A stretch of DNA of 64,000 bases, taken from the NCBI GenBank assembly GCA_049304015.1, contig JBAQNS010000009.1, positions 3,228 to 67,227 on the forward strand. The letters are read 5' to 3'. The translations under genes were made by a program, and so were the position numbers. Position 1 is the stretch's first letter. Every line of letters starts with the position of its first letter. Below are positions 40,180 through 47,807 of the stretch, one piece after another. The notes under the pieces were generated by a model. The model did no database searches. It was not told the DNA's origin and saw only the letters and a list, made by a program, of their open reading frames with translations. This DNA is from Minisyncoccia bacterium. GTDB taxonomy: Bacteria > Patescibacteriota > Minisyncoccia > Phycocordibacterales > Zambryskibacteraceae.

Positions 40180-40192
40180 GAGGGTATCAAAT

Positions 40193-40678
40193 ATGTTGAC
40201 AAAGACAAAAAATTATAGGCAAGCAAACTATGTAGTGTTTTTAGCACTTGTTTTTACTGTAAATTTTTTATTTGTTTCTACTACCTTTGCAGTCGGTTCT
40301 ACCCAACAAACAATTTTGTTTGCTTCCATACCAGATAAGATTTATGGGGATAGTGACTTTATCATTAATGCCACATCAACAGATTCTGTTACTGGAGAAC
40401 CTACAGGACTACCAATTAACTTTGTTCTAAATCAAGGACCTTGCTCGATTAATTTGGTATCAGGAAGTACAACAATTCACATCATCGCAGCTTCAAGTAC
40501 TCCATGTAGACTCAAGGCAAACCAGGAAGGAAATGATACTTATGCGCCTATTGATAATGTTAACGTATCATTTTTAGTGTCACCCAAACCAATTACTATA
40601 AGTGTTTCTAATACAGAAAATAAAATTTTTGGAGAGCCAGATCCGGAGTTTGCATATACTGGAGCAGATTCCTTATGA
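40193..40678 (+). CDS. MBG-domain surface protein, N-terminal part (gene interrupted by frameshift at the 3' end)
   Basis: Signal/TM N-terminus; ends inside an MBG domain (KPITISVSNTENKIFGEPDPEFAYTGADSL-stop). Confidence 0.5.
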   Translation: MLTKTKNYRQANYVVFLALVFTVNFLFVSTTFAVGSTQQTILFASIPDKIYGDSDFIINATSTDSVTGEPTGLPINFVLNQGPCSINLVSGSTTIHIIAASSTPCRLKANQEGNDTYAPIDNVNVSFLVSPKPITISVSNTENKIFGEPDPEFAYTGADSL

Positions 40679-41202
40679 CGTTTAATGCGGGTATGCTGAA
40701 TATTGATGCGAGACCTTTAACTATAACTGGTGTGACAAATTCAAAAATATATGATGGTTCAATTTCAGCTGCTGCCATTCCAATAATCACCTCAGGCACA
40801 TTGGCTCCTGGTGATGTGGCGACCTTGTCTGAAACTTATGACTCTGAAGGAGTCGGCTCTGGCATAGCACTTAATGTTGATATTTTGATAAATAATGCTC
40901 TTGGTGCAGATGTAAGTGACAACTATATTACTACAACAATAAGTGGTGTTGGAGATATATTAGCAGTCCCTCAAGAGGTTCAAACACCAGAGCCTGTAAG
41001 GAGCTCTGGTGGGGGAAGATCGACATCAAGATTACAGACATCTACAGCTTTAACCGCACCAACGGTTGGTCGTGTTCTTGGTGCAGAGACAGAGAACACT
41101 GCTGCTGTAGCTCTACAGATTGCCTCAATCAAAGCTCAACTGGCTGATTTAATTAGACAATTAATAGCACTTCTACAAGCACAGATTCTTTCTGCACAGT
41201 AG
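40675..41202 (+). CDS. MBG-domain surface protein, C-terminal part with conserved C-terminal heptad module (ATGA overlap with upstream part)
   Basis: Begins with the tail of an MBG repeat (TFNAGMLNIDARPLTITG), then a second MBG repeat, then TVGRVLGAETENTAAVALQIASIKAQLADLIRQLIALLQAQI. Confidence 0.5.
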   Translation: MTFNAGMLNIDARPLTITGVTNSKIYDGSISAAAIPIITSGTLAPGDVATLSETYDSEGVGSGIALNVDILINNALGADVSDNYITTTISGVGDILAVPQEVQTPEPVRSSGGGRSTSRLQTSTALTAPTVGRVLGAETENTAAVALQIASIKAQLADLIRQLIALLQAQILSAQ

Positions 41203-41274
41203 AAATAAAATCAGAATAATCAAACAAAAAACTTGCCCATAGACTTGGGTGAGTTTTTGATTTATAATCATATT

Positions 41275-42258
41275 ATGATTAAGTGGTTCAAAAAACACTT
41301 TATACCTCATGAAGGCAATGACCATCAGCCTCATTTTCTTCGTACCAAAAATATTCGAGCAGTCGTTCTAATTCTTTTTGTTTTGGAGTTAGGAGTTTTT
41401 GCCATTCCTTATATACCTGCAATAGGTCCAGCATACAACAATTACCTCGCAGCAGTTTTGCCCGGAGTGTTGGACAGTCTTTCTAATCAAACAAGACAAG
41501 AAAATCATTTAGCCACCCTTACTGTTAGCCCACTCTTAAATAAAGTGGCTGAACTGAAAGCGAAGGACATGGCAGAAAAAGGATACTTTGCCCACACCAG
41601 TCCCGAAGGCAGAGCGCCTTGGTATTGGTTCGATAAAGCTGGTTATAAATATTTGTTCGCTGGAGAGAACTTAGCAGTAGACTTCACTGATTCAAAAGAT
41701 GTTACTTTGGCCTGGATGAATTCTCCTACACATAGAGCCAATATAGTGAAAGGCGTCTATACAGAAATGGGTACTGGAGTAGTGAGTGGTAACTTTGAAG
41801 GTCACCCAACTATTTTTGTTGTCCAAGTCTATGCGAGACCACTAACTACGATTGCTACTGTTTCTGAACCAAGTGCAGTTTCAAATATTAAGCCAACAAC
41901 AACTCAAACTACTAAGACTGTTGAATCCAAGGTCCTCGGTGCAGAAGTGGCCTTAGATGCAAACGTCACTTCACCCACACAACCTAAATCAAATTTGCTC
42001 ATGCAGTATGTTACTTCTCCTGGACGTGTAGCCAATATGATTTTTGTTATTTTGGGCATAATGATTTTACTCGCCTTAGTACTGAAATTATTTATAAGAA
42101 CAGATAAACGACATCCAAAACTCATTACCAATGGACTTGTTGTTTTGGTACTAATCTTTGGAATTTATAGTGTGAATAGTTACATAACCAAGAATAAAAT
42201 TTCACATAATATTACTTTCTACAGCTTTAACAATGAGAACCTTACTGACACTTACTAG
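41275..42258 (+). CDS. CAP/SCP/PR-1 (YkwD-like) domain protein, membrane-anchored at both ends
   Basis: CAP motifs (HYTQVVWRATxxVGCA-like: GHPTIFVVQVY; HRANIVKGVYTEMGTGVV) and N- and C-terminal TM helices. Start taken at MIKWFKK, downstream of a TATAAT box. Confidence 0.7.
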   Translation: MIKWFKKHFIPHEGNDHQPHFLRTKNIRAVVLILFVLELGVFAIPYIPAIGPAYNNYLAAVLPGVLDSLSNQTRQENHLATLTVSPLLNKVAELKAKDMAEKGYFAHTSPEGRAPWYWFDKAGYKYLFAGENLAVDFTDSKDVTLAWMNSPTHRANIVKGVYTEMGTGVVSGNFEGHPTIFVVQVYARPLTTIATVSEPSAVSNIKPTTTQTTKTVESKVLGAEVALDANVTSPTQPKSNLLMQYVTSPGRVANMIFVILGIMILLALVLKLFIRTDKRHPKLITNGLVVLVLIFGIYSVNSYITKNKISHNITFYSFNNENLTDTY

Positions 42259-42998
42259 AGCACCTCTATTTCAGAAATTTTATTTGATTTAAATTCATAT
42301 AGACTGGCTGGTCGGGAACGATTACCAATTCTCTTGTGATGTAGTCTCTCTAGTATCTTTAATTTCAATATTTTCTTCCTAAAATTACGCTTATCCAAAT
42401 CAGCCTTGAGGATACTCTCGTATGCTTGTTCGAGTTCAGTGAGAGTAAATTCTTTGGGCATCAGTTTGCACATCAATGTTGTATAAGTGATTCTTGATTG
42501 GAGTCTCCTTAGAGCTACTTTGAGAACTTCATCGTGGTCATAGGCAAGATTTGATAATTGATCAACATGTTTCCATGACAATTCTCTAGTATTAATTTTT
42601 TCTGTTTCAGTTAATGATTCCCATGGCACTAATCCAATATAGGCGACTGCCACAACGCGTCCACGAGGATCTCTATTAATGCGGCTAAATGTATATAATT
42701 GCTCAATATGAATTTTTTTAGTTGAAATCATGCCCGCTCTATCTTTCACTAGACGTACTACCGCTTGCTCAGCTGTTTCAGTAGGGAGCATAAGGCCACC
42801 AGGAAGTCCTGGTCTATCTACAAAGTGGGGGATATGGTTGACTTTCATGATGCGGACAAGAAGTTCCTTATTGTGAATAGTGAATAAGGCTATATCTGCG
42901 GCCAAGACAGCGAAACGTAGGTGTTTAGGAGAACTATTTTTAGGCATAAATAATTTATAGCAACATACAGATATATTGTCAAATATACACTTATCCAC
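42255..42998 (-). CDS. NrtR-like regulator (degenerate Nudix domain plus C-terminal winged-helix)
   Basis: Nudix fold with an incomplete Nudix box (GLPGGLMLPTETAEQAVVRLVKDRAG lacks the REx2EE glutamates) and a C-terminal DNA-binding-like region. The likely start is the Met at 42947. Confidence 0.6.
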   Translation of the reverse strand: MDKCIFDNISVCCYKLFMPKNSSPKHLRFAVLAADIALFTIHNKELLVRIMKVNHIPHFVDRPGLPGGLMLPTETAEQAVVRLVKDRAGMISTKKIHIEQLYTFSRINRDPRGRVVAVAYIGLVPWESLTETEKINTRELSWKHVDQLSNLAYDHDEVLKVALRRLQSRITYTTLMCKLMPKEFTLTELEQAYESILKADLDKRNFRKKILKLKILERLHHKRIGNRSRPASLYEFKSNKISEIEVL

Positions 42999-43132
42999 AG
43001 TTTAGTAATTGTATAGTTGACACTAAGTAAATTAAGGAATAGTGTGAGGTTAGACATATAAACCAAGCACTATTCTGAACCATTGACTGTGTCTTATAAG
43101 TGTTATAGAGTAGTGCGGGTTTAGACCGTTCT

Positions 43133-44023
43133 TTGTCAGAGAGATTTAGTTTAGCTGACAATCTATTTAGTTCAATTTTGACCTCAAAAGGAGGGATATT
43201 GATTATCAAAGATCCTGGCTCTGGGAAGAGCTATGAAGTTGGTCAAAGAGTGGCTGAGACCGAAAGGTATCGGCTTTATCTCTGTAGACCAGAGGGTGAG
43301 TCTTCGGACCACCTGCTTCAAATCGCGGTGGAGGTGGAGCATAATGCTGCCCTCGATCGCGCGTCGTACGTTCTGGAAAGGCTCGAAGAAGAAGCTCGCA
43401 AGATCGAGGAAGAGTTCGCCAAGGTGAAAACCGAGCCGAATCACTTCCTGAATTACCAACTCTGTTTCCCCAAGGTCGTGGGTTCATTCATACCAGACGA
43501 TCAGGGTGGCAGACGAGTAAACATCCTTTGCTTCAGAGAGGTGGAGGATGTAGGCAAGGTTGTACCGCTACAGAACCTCGTAGAGACGGACAAGCTTCGT
43601 GCAGATTTGAGGTCGAGTGCTTGGATCATGGGGAAACTCCTCAAGATCCTCATCTTCCTCAATGATGCGAATGTGGTTGCTCATGATCTGTCGCTCGGCA
43701 ATGTTCTCATCGAACCCGAGCAACACTACGTCATCATTTTCAGTTGGGCTGACGCCGAATTGAAAGCTGGTGCAGTAGGTAGAGCAATCACGAGAAGTGA
43801 AATTCAAGCAGCTGCTCGCGTTGTCATCGAAGTGCTGGGAGGTACTCTCGAAGGAGGTATCCCCGGTGATGGTGGTCAAGAGCATGTTCAGTATCAGAAG
43901 TTTCTCTTCGACCTCGCACATGGCAGTGAAAGTAACGCGGCACTGGCTCACATGTCGTTCTACAAGTTGGTTGATAGTTTGTGGCCACGCGGTTTCTATC
44001 CATTCACCACCCACTCTCGGTAA
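43133..44023 (+). CDS. Protein-kinase-like/APH-family phosphotransferase (divergent) - first gene of high-GC island
   Basis: Gly-rich loop IKDPGSGKSYEV and catalytic loop VAHDLSLGNVLIE (compare HGDLHPGNIL of APH/CotS and HRDLKPENIL of kinases), followed by IIFSWADAE. High-GC codon usage. The start is ambiguous: TTG at 43133, or TTG at 43199 after an AAGGAGGG SD. Confidence 0.55.
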   Translation: MSERFSLADNLFSSILTSKGGILIIKDPGSGKSYEVGQRVAETERYRLYLCRPEGESSDHLLQIAVEVEHNAALDRASYVLERLEEEARKIEEEFAKVKTEPNHFLNYQLCFPKVVGSFIPDDQGGRRVNILCFREVEDVGKVVPLQNLVETDKLRADLRSSAWIMGKLLKILIFLNDANVVAHDLSLGNVLIEPEQHYVIIFSWADAELKAGAVGRAITRSEIQAAARVVIEVLGGTLEGGIPGDGGQEHVQYQKFLFDLAHGSESNAALAHMSFYKLVDSLWPRGFYPFTTHSR

Positions 44024-44040
44024 AACGGGAAGGAAGGACG

Positions 44041-45165
44041 ATGGGAAGCAGAACATTCTCGAGGGATGCCTACGTCAAGGCGAGCAGCTTGTACACCAAG
44101 CCGGGTGAGTCAACGACTGCCCGAGGTGAACAAGAAGTTCGTCGGACAGGCAAGCTGAATCCACTTGTGGATCCGGCTGAATTCGGAGTAGTGCGTGAAT
44201 CACGCATTCGCCTCGAAGATCGAGAAGGAGGTGGCTTCACTGTCACCGTGGGCACACCAGTGCCTGTCGAGTATCGTCTGGACACCACTGGTTCCATGGG
44301 TGACAACGTCGAACGGGCGTACAAGGCACTGCCGCATACGTGCGAGCATGTGGCCGCTGTACTGCCAGGCCGAGACCCCTTCTACTGCGCTTCGATTTTC
44401 GGTGATGTCGTCGACCAGTTCGTACTGTGTCGAGGACAATTCGAAGCCGAAGCAGAGAAGATGGTCAACCAACTCACGCTCATGGTTCCAGAAGGTAGCG
44501 GTGGAGACACCCCAGAAGATCCTCAGTACGGACTCTTCGGTGCCGCCTACCTTACCAACGCTTATCTGCAACGTATCGGTTTGCGCTCCTATGACTTCAC
44601 TGTCACGGACGCACCGATGCATGATCTGATTAGCGCCAAGCAGCTCAAGCGTATCTTCGGTGATGAAGTGTTCGAGAAGCTGAAGGAAAATGGCCAGTCG
44701 ATTTCAGCGAAGGATTTACCCTCCAATACAGAGATCGTCAAGGATCTCTTGAAGAGGGCTCATGCCTTTGCTTTCATGGTTGGCAATTCTGCCACCCACG
44801 CCTGGACCAGCCTCTACGGTTCCGAACACGTGATTCTTCTGCCCCGGATCGAGTACACTCCTCACATCATGGCCGTTATCATTGGCCTGACGGAAGGAAC
44901 TCTCGATTTGCGTTCATCCAAGGATTTCTTGACTGAACGCAACCTCAGCAAGGTCGAAGCACAGGGCATCATCGACGCAGTGGCGCACATCCCGCTCGGT
45001 GCACAGACCATGTGCCCCAATTTCGACAAGTTGCCCAAGGCAGGTGACATCTTCAAGGAGAAGACCGACCTCTGGCCGATCGATCCGGAAGACATTCCTA
45101 CTTCTGCTGCTCCGAAGAAGGGCAAGAAGGGCGGCAAGGAATCTGGCAAGGGTGGGTGGCTCTAG
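44041..45165 (+). CDS. von Willebrand factor A (vWA) domain protein with MIDAS motif
   Basis: RLDTTGSMGDN (DxTGS MIDAS), a later VTDAPMHD element, and a Lys/Gly-rich C-tail. GGAAGGAAGGA SD before the ATG at 44041. Confidence 0.7.
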   Translation: MGSRTFSRDAYVKASSLYTKPGESTTARGEQEVRRTGKLNPLVDPAEFGVVRESRIRLEDREGGGFTVTVGTPVPVEYRLDTTGSMGDNVERAYKALPHTCEHVAAVLPGRDPFYCASIFGDVVDQFVLCRGQFEAEAEKMVNQLTLMVPEGSGGDTPEDPQYGLFGAAYLTNAYLQRIGLRSYDFTVTDAPMHDLISAKQLKRIFGDEVFEKLKENGQSISAKDLPSNTEIVKDLLKRAHAFAFMVGNSATHAWTSLYGSEHVILLPRIEYTPHIMAVIIGLTEGTLDLRSSKDFLTERNLSKVEAQGIIDAVAHIPLGAQTMCPNFDKLPKAGDIFKEKTDLWPIDPEDIPTSAAPKKGKKGGKESGKGGWL

Positions 45166-45192
45166 GCTTTCACTTCGACCGAGGACGTGACG

Positions 45193-46566
45193 ATGAAAAA
45201 GATTTACGTCGTCACGGACCTTGGTCCTGGTGACGGTGGTAAGGGTGGTGTGGTCCACAAGATCAGCCACATGCAAGGTGCTCACACTATCCTCAAGGTA
45301 GGAGGAGCACAGGGAAGTCATGGAGTATCTACTTCGAGTGGAAAACGATTTGCCTTTAGTCAATTTGGTTGTGGCACCTTCGAAGGTGTTCGCACTCACT
45401 TGACCAAGAGGTTCGTTGCTTCACCTGAAGGGATACTCAACGAAGCGCAAGCTTTGGATCAAGGTTGTGGTTTGAGTGATGTCTACAGTCTGCTCACAGT
45501 GGATGAGGATGTCATTTGTGCCACTCCGTATCATGGCATCTCTTCACGCTTGAAAGAGCTTGCAAGAGGAGATAATCTTCGCGGTACGATTGGGACAGGG
45601 GTTGGTGAGGCGTTTCGCTACAACCAACGTTTTCCTGAACTGACTATCCGTGCGAAGGATCTCTTCAGCCAAAACCTAAGAGAGCTGCTGGCTGCAGTTA
45701 GAGACCAACTACACGTTGACCTCGAATCTGTAATTAGTGGTACTTTCTTAGAAAGTGATAGGGTCTTAGTTGAACAAGAAGTAGATCGTCTGCTTGATCC
45801 GAAATACCTTGAATTTATTTTGCATCGTTTTCGAACGGCTGCAAAGCATGTCCGAATAGTAGGCCAAGAGTATTTTCATGATCTTACCACCAGCTATGGT
45901 GTGATGGTTGTTGAAAGTTCTCATGGTGTACTGACGGATCATTTTCAAGGGTTTCATCCTCATACTTCAGCCATTCGAACACTTCCTCGCTTCACGCGTG
46001 GGATGCTCGAAGAAGTTGGATATGATGGCGAACTGGTGAACATTGGGGTAACCCGTGCATATCAAATTCGTCATGGTGCAGGGCCTATGCCAACAGCCGA
46101 TGAGGCTATGGCAGAAAACCTTTTACCAGGAAGTTCGAAGGATGAGAATCGCTATCAGGGAAAGGTGCGTGTTGGTCCACTTGATTTGGTACTGCTTCGT
46201 TATGCGATAGCAGCCTGTGGTGGACCAGATGCATTCGACGGCTTGGCTGTCACCTGGTTCGATCAAATCCAGGAGAATGGATCTTGGTTTTTGTGTCGGA
46301 GCTACAAGGGAGCAACAGATCAAAACTTTTTCACCCCACAAGGTGAGTTGAAGGTTCGATTTGGAGATGATGAAGAACAGTTGAAGTATCAGGAGGAACT
46401 TGGTCACCATCTAGAAAGGTGCGTACCAGTGCTCACAGAGCACACAGTTTCTCCTGGTCCCAACTTTAACTTCCTCACTTGCTCTGCAGTATTGAATGAA
46501 GCACTTCGAGTACCTGTACGGATGGTCTCGTTCGGATCTACCGAACAAGAAAAATTGTGTAGGTGA
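45193..46566 (+). CDS. Adenylosuccinate synthetase (PurA)-family protein, highly divergent
   Basis: PurA hallmarks present: GDGGKGG (cf. GDEGKGK), GGAQGSHG (cf. GGHNAGHT), GTIGTGVGEA (cf. GTTGRGIGP), TRAYQIRHGAGPMPT (cf. TRVGAGPFPTE), VRVGPLDLVLLRYA (cf. GWLDTVAVRRA). The Asp-binding GATTGRRRR loop is replaced by NRYQGKVRVG and Gln224 (EGAQG) is replaced by His (ESSHG). Confidence 0.75.
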   Translation: MKKIYVVTDLGPGDGGKGGVVHKISHMQGAHTILKVGGAQGSHGVSTSSGKRFAFSQFGCGTFEGVRTHLTKRFVASPEGILNEAQALDQGCGLSDVYSLLTVDEDVICATPYHGISSRLKELARGDNLRGTIGTGVGEAFRYNQRFPELTIRAKDLFSQNLRELLAAVRDQLHVDLESVISGTFLESDRVLVEQEVDRLLDPKYLEFILHRFRTAAKHVRIVGQEYFHDLTTSYGVMVVESSHGVLTDHFQGFHPHTSAIRTLPRFTRGMLEEVGYDGELVNIGVTRAYQIRHGAGPMPTADEAMAENLLPGSSKDENRYQGKVRVGPLDLVLLRYAIAACGGPDAFDGLAVTWFDQIQENGSWFLCRSYKGATDQNFFTPQGELKVRFGDDEEQLKYQEELGHHLERCVPVLTEHTVSPGPNFNFLTCSAVLNEALRVPVRMVSFGSTEQEKLCR

Positions 46567-46588
46567 ATTCAAACCACAAGGAGTAACC

Positions 46589-47737
46589 GTGGGAACTTCT
46601 GCAGAACCGACCGTTGGTGACGCTGTCACCACGAGGCTCACCGAATTGGGTGTCGAACCGACTGTGATCGAGAAGATCAGGACGGACCTCGGCGCCACTT
46701 CGGTGGACGATCTGGCTGGCCTCAACGAGAGTGATCTCGTCGGCGCCGGCATGAAGGCTCTTCCGGCGAGGAATCTCGTCGCAAAGCTCAGGAAGGCCGC
46801 AGCGGAAGCTGCTGCTCCTGCCGCAAGTGCAGTCAGCACGATGTCGTTCGAAGGCGTACTGCCGGCAGTGCCGGATGATACGTCATGGCTTGCGGCACTT
46901 CGTGCAGGTGGAGTTCTGAAGGTCGATCAGTCGACCGTCATCTCCGCCGTTCGTGCAGGACTCGCTCACCGGGTCGGACTCTTCGAAGTTCCGGATCTGC
47001 TCGTCGCAGAGATGGAGCGGTTCTCGGATGCGAACGAAGAGCAGGTCGACCCGGAGTTCTTCAAGCTCCGCAAGATGCTGACTCGCAAGTCGTACGGCGA
47101 TATCTTCGAGGCCATCGAAGGACTCGAAGGCTCGTACGTCACCGAGGGTCGCAAGAAGGAACTCTTCAGCCGTCTCGATGGCAAGTTGTGGCCGGCAATC
47201 ATCAGCTTCAACGGCGCCCTTAAGGCGTGGCAGGAAGCATGGATGCAGGGTGCAGCCAATCCTGCCATCATGATGAGCGCGATCTTTGCGGCTTCTGGTA
47301 CTGGTGGTGGAGCGATGCCTCCGGGCATGATGCAGCCACCCGATACCGGCGTCCTGCGTGACAACGCGGCAGCCGTGGCGGACGCAGTCAATCGCGTTTT
47401 CGCTGGGACTGGCGTGCAGATCGCCGCGGCCCTCGCATACGAGGCGTCGCGTATCAAGGAGACTCTCACGAACCCGCGGTTGCCCGCCCTTATCGGTGCG
47501 GCCAATCGCGACCAGATGCTTCGTCAGCTGGGTGTGGCCGTTTCGGCGACCTATCCTCGCCTCGAGATGAACCTGACCAAGTTCGTGCTGGCGGTTCTGC
47601 AGGCACAGGACCAGCCGGCCGGCAACGAAGAGCTTCAGTACTTCGGTGCCATGTACATGCTCGGGTCCCAGATCCCCTGGGAGCAGCTGGGTTCGACTGG
47701 CAAGCCGTCGGGTATCGGCGGCGGTCGTCGCCTCTAG
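46589..47737 (+). CDS. Hypothetical protein with tandem N-terminal HeH/SAP-like motifs and Gly/Met/Pro-rich central segment
   Basis: GTG start after a GGAG SD; LTELGVEPTVIEKIR and LAGLNESDLVGAGMKALPARNLVAKLRKAA helix-extension-helix patterns; GTGGGAMPPGMMQPP segment; high-GC codon usage. Confidence 0.55.
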   Translation: MGTSAEPTVGDAVTTRLTELGVEPTVIEKIRTDLGATSVDDLAGLNESDLVGAGMKALPARNLVAKLRKAAAEAAAPAASAVSTMSFEGVLPAVPDDTSWLAALRAGGVLKVDQSTVISAVRAGLAHRVGLFEVPDLLVAEMERFSDANEEQVDPEFFKLRKMLTRKSYGDIFEAIEGLEGSYVTEGRKKELFSRLDGKLWPAIISFNGALKAWQEAWMQGAANPAIMMSAIFAASGTGGGAMPPGMMQPPDTGVLRDNAAAVADAVNRVFAGTGVQIAAALAYEASRIKETLTNPRLPALIGAANRDQMLRQLGVAVSATYPRLEMNLTKFVLAVLQAQDQPAGNEELQYFGAMYMLGSQIPWEQLGSTGKPSGIGGGRRL

Positions 47738-47766
47738 AACCAAATCTCTCAATAAGTACATTAGTT

Positions 47767-47797
47767 GGGCGGATACGATTAGTGTCCGCCCTTTTTC
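47767..47797 (+). terminator. Rho-independent terminator (GGGCGGA-N11-TCCGCCC followed by T5) closing the high-GC island
   Basis: Seen directly; composition returns to low GC immediately after. Confidence 0.6.
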
Positions 47798-47807
47798 ATT
47801 GCCTAAT

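Noticed and set aside
40660-40700. Alternative genetic code (UGA=Gly, code 25) to read through the MBG gene stop
   Set aside because: Reading through the UGA in frame hits UAA within about 15 codons, and the continuing MBG sequence is in the +2 frame. UGA, UAG and UAA all terminate well-conserved genes elsewhere (uvrB UGA, rpoC UAG, tgt UAA). Standard code 11 is retained.
7156-46566. Z-genome (PurZ/MazZ-like) pathway linking the MazG-like gene at 7156 with the PurA-like gene at 45193
   Set aside because: The two genes are 38 kb apart and in different compositional backgrounds (native versus foreign), and no DatZ/DpoZ-like genes are present. The PurA-like enzyme also lacks PurZ-like features that I could verify.
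43000-47800. High-GC island as assembly chimera or contaminant contig
   Set aside because: This cannot be excluded without reads. However, both junctions are embedded in host-composition sequence with a host-style SD and promoter region upstream and a terminator downstream, and the flanking host genes are intact. It is treated as a genuine HGT island pending coverage checks.
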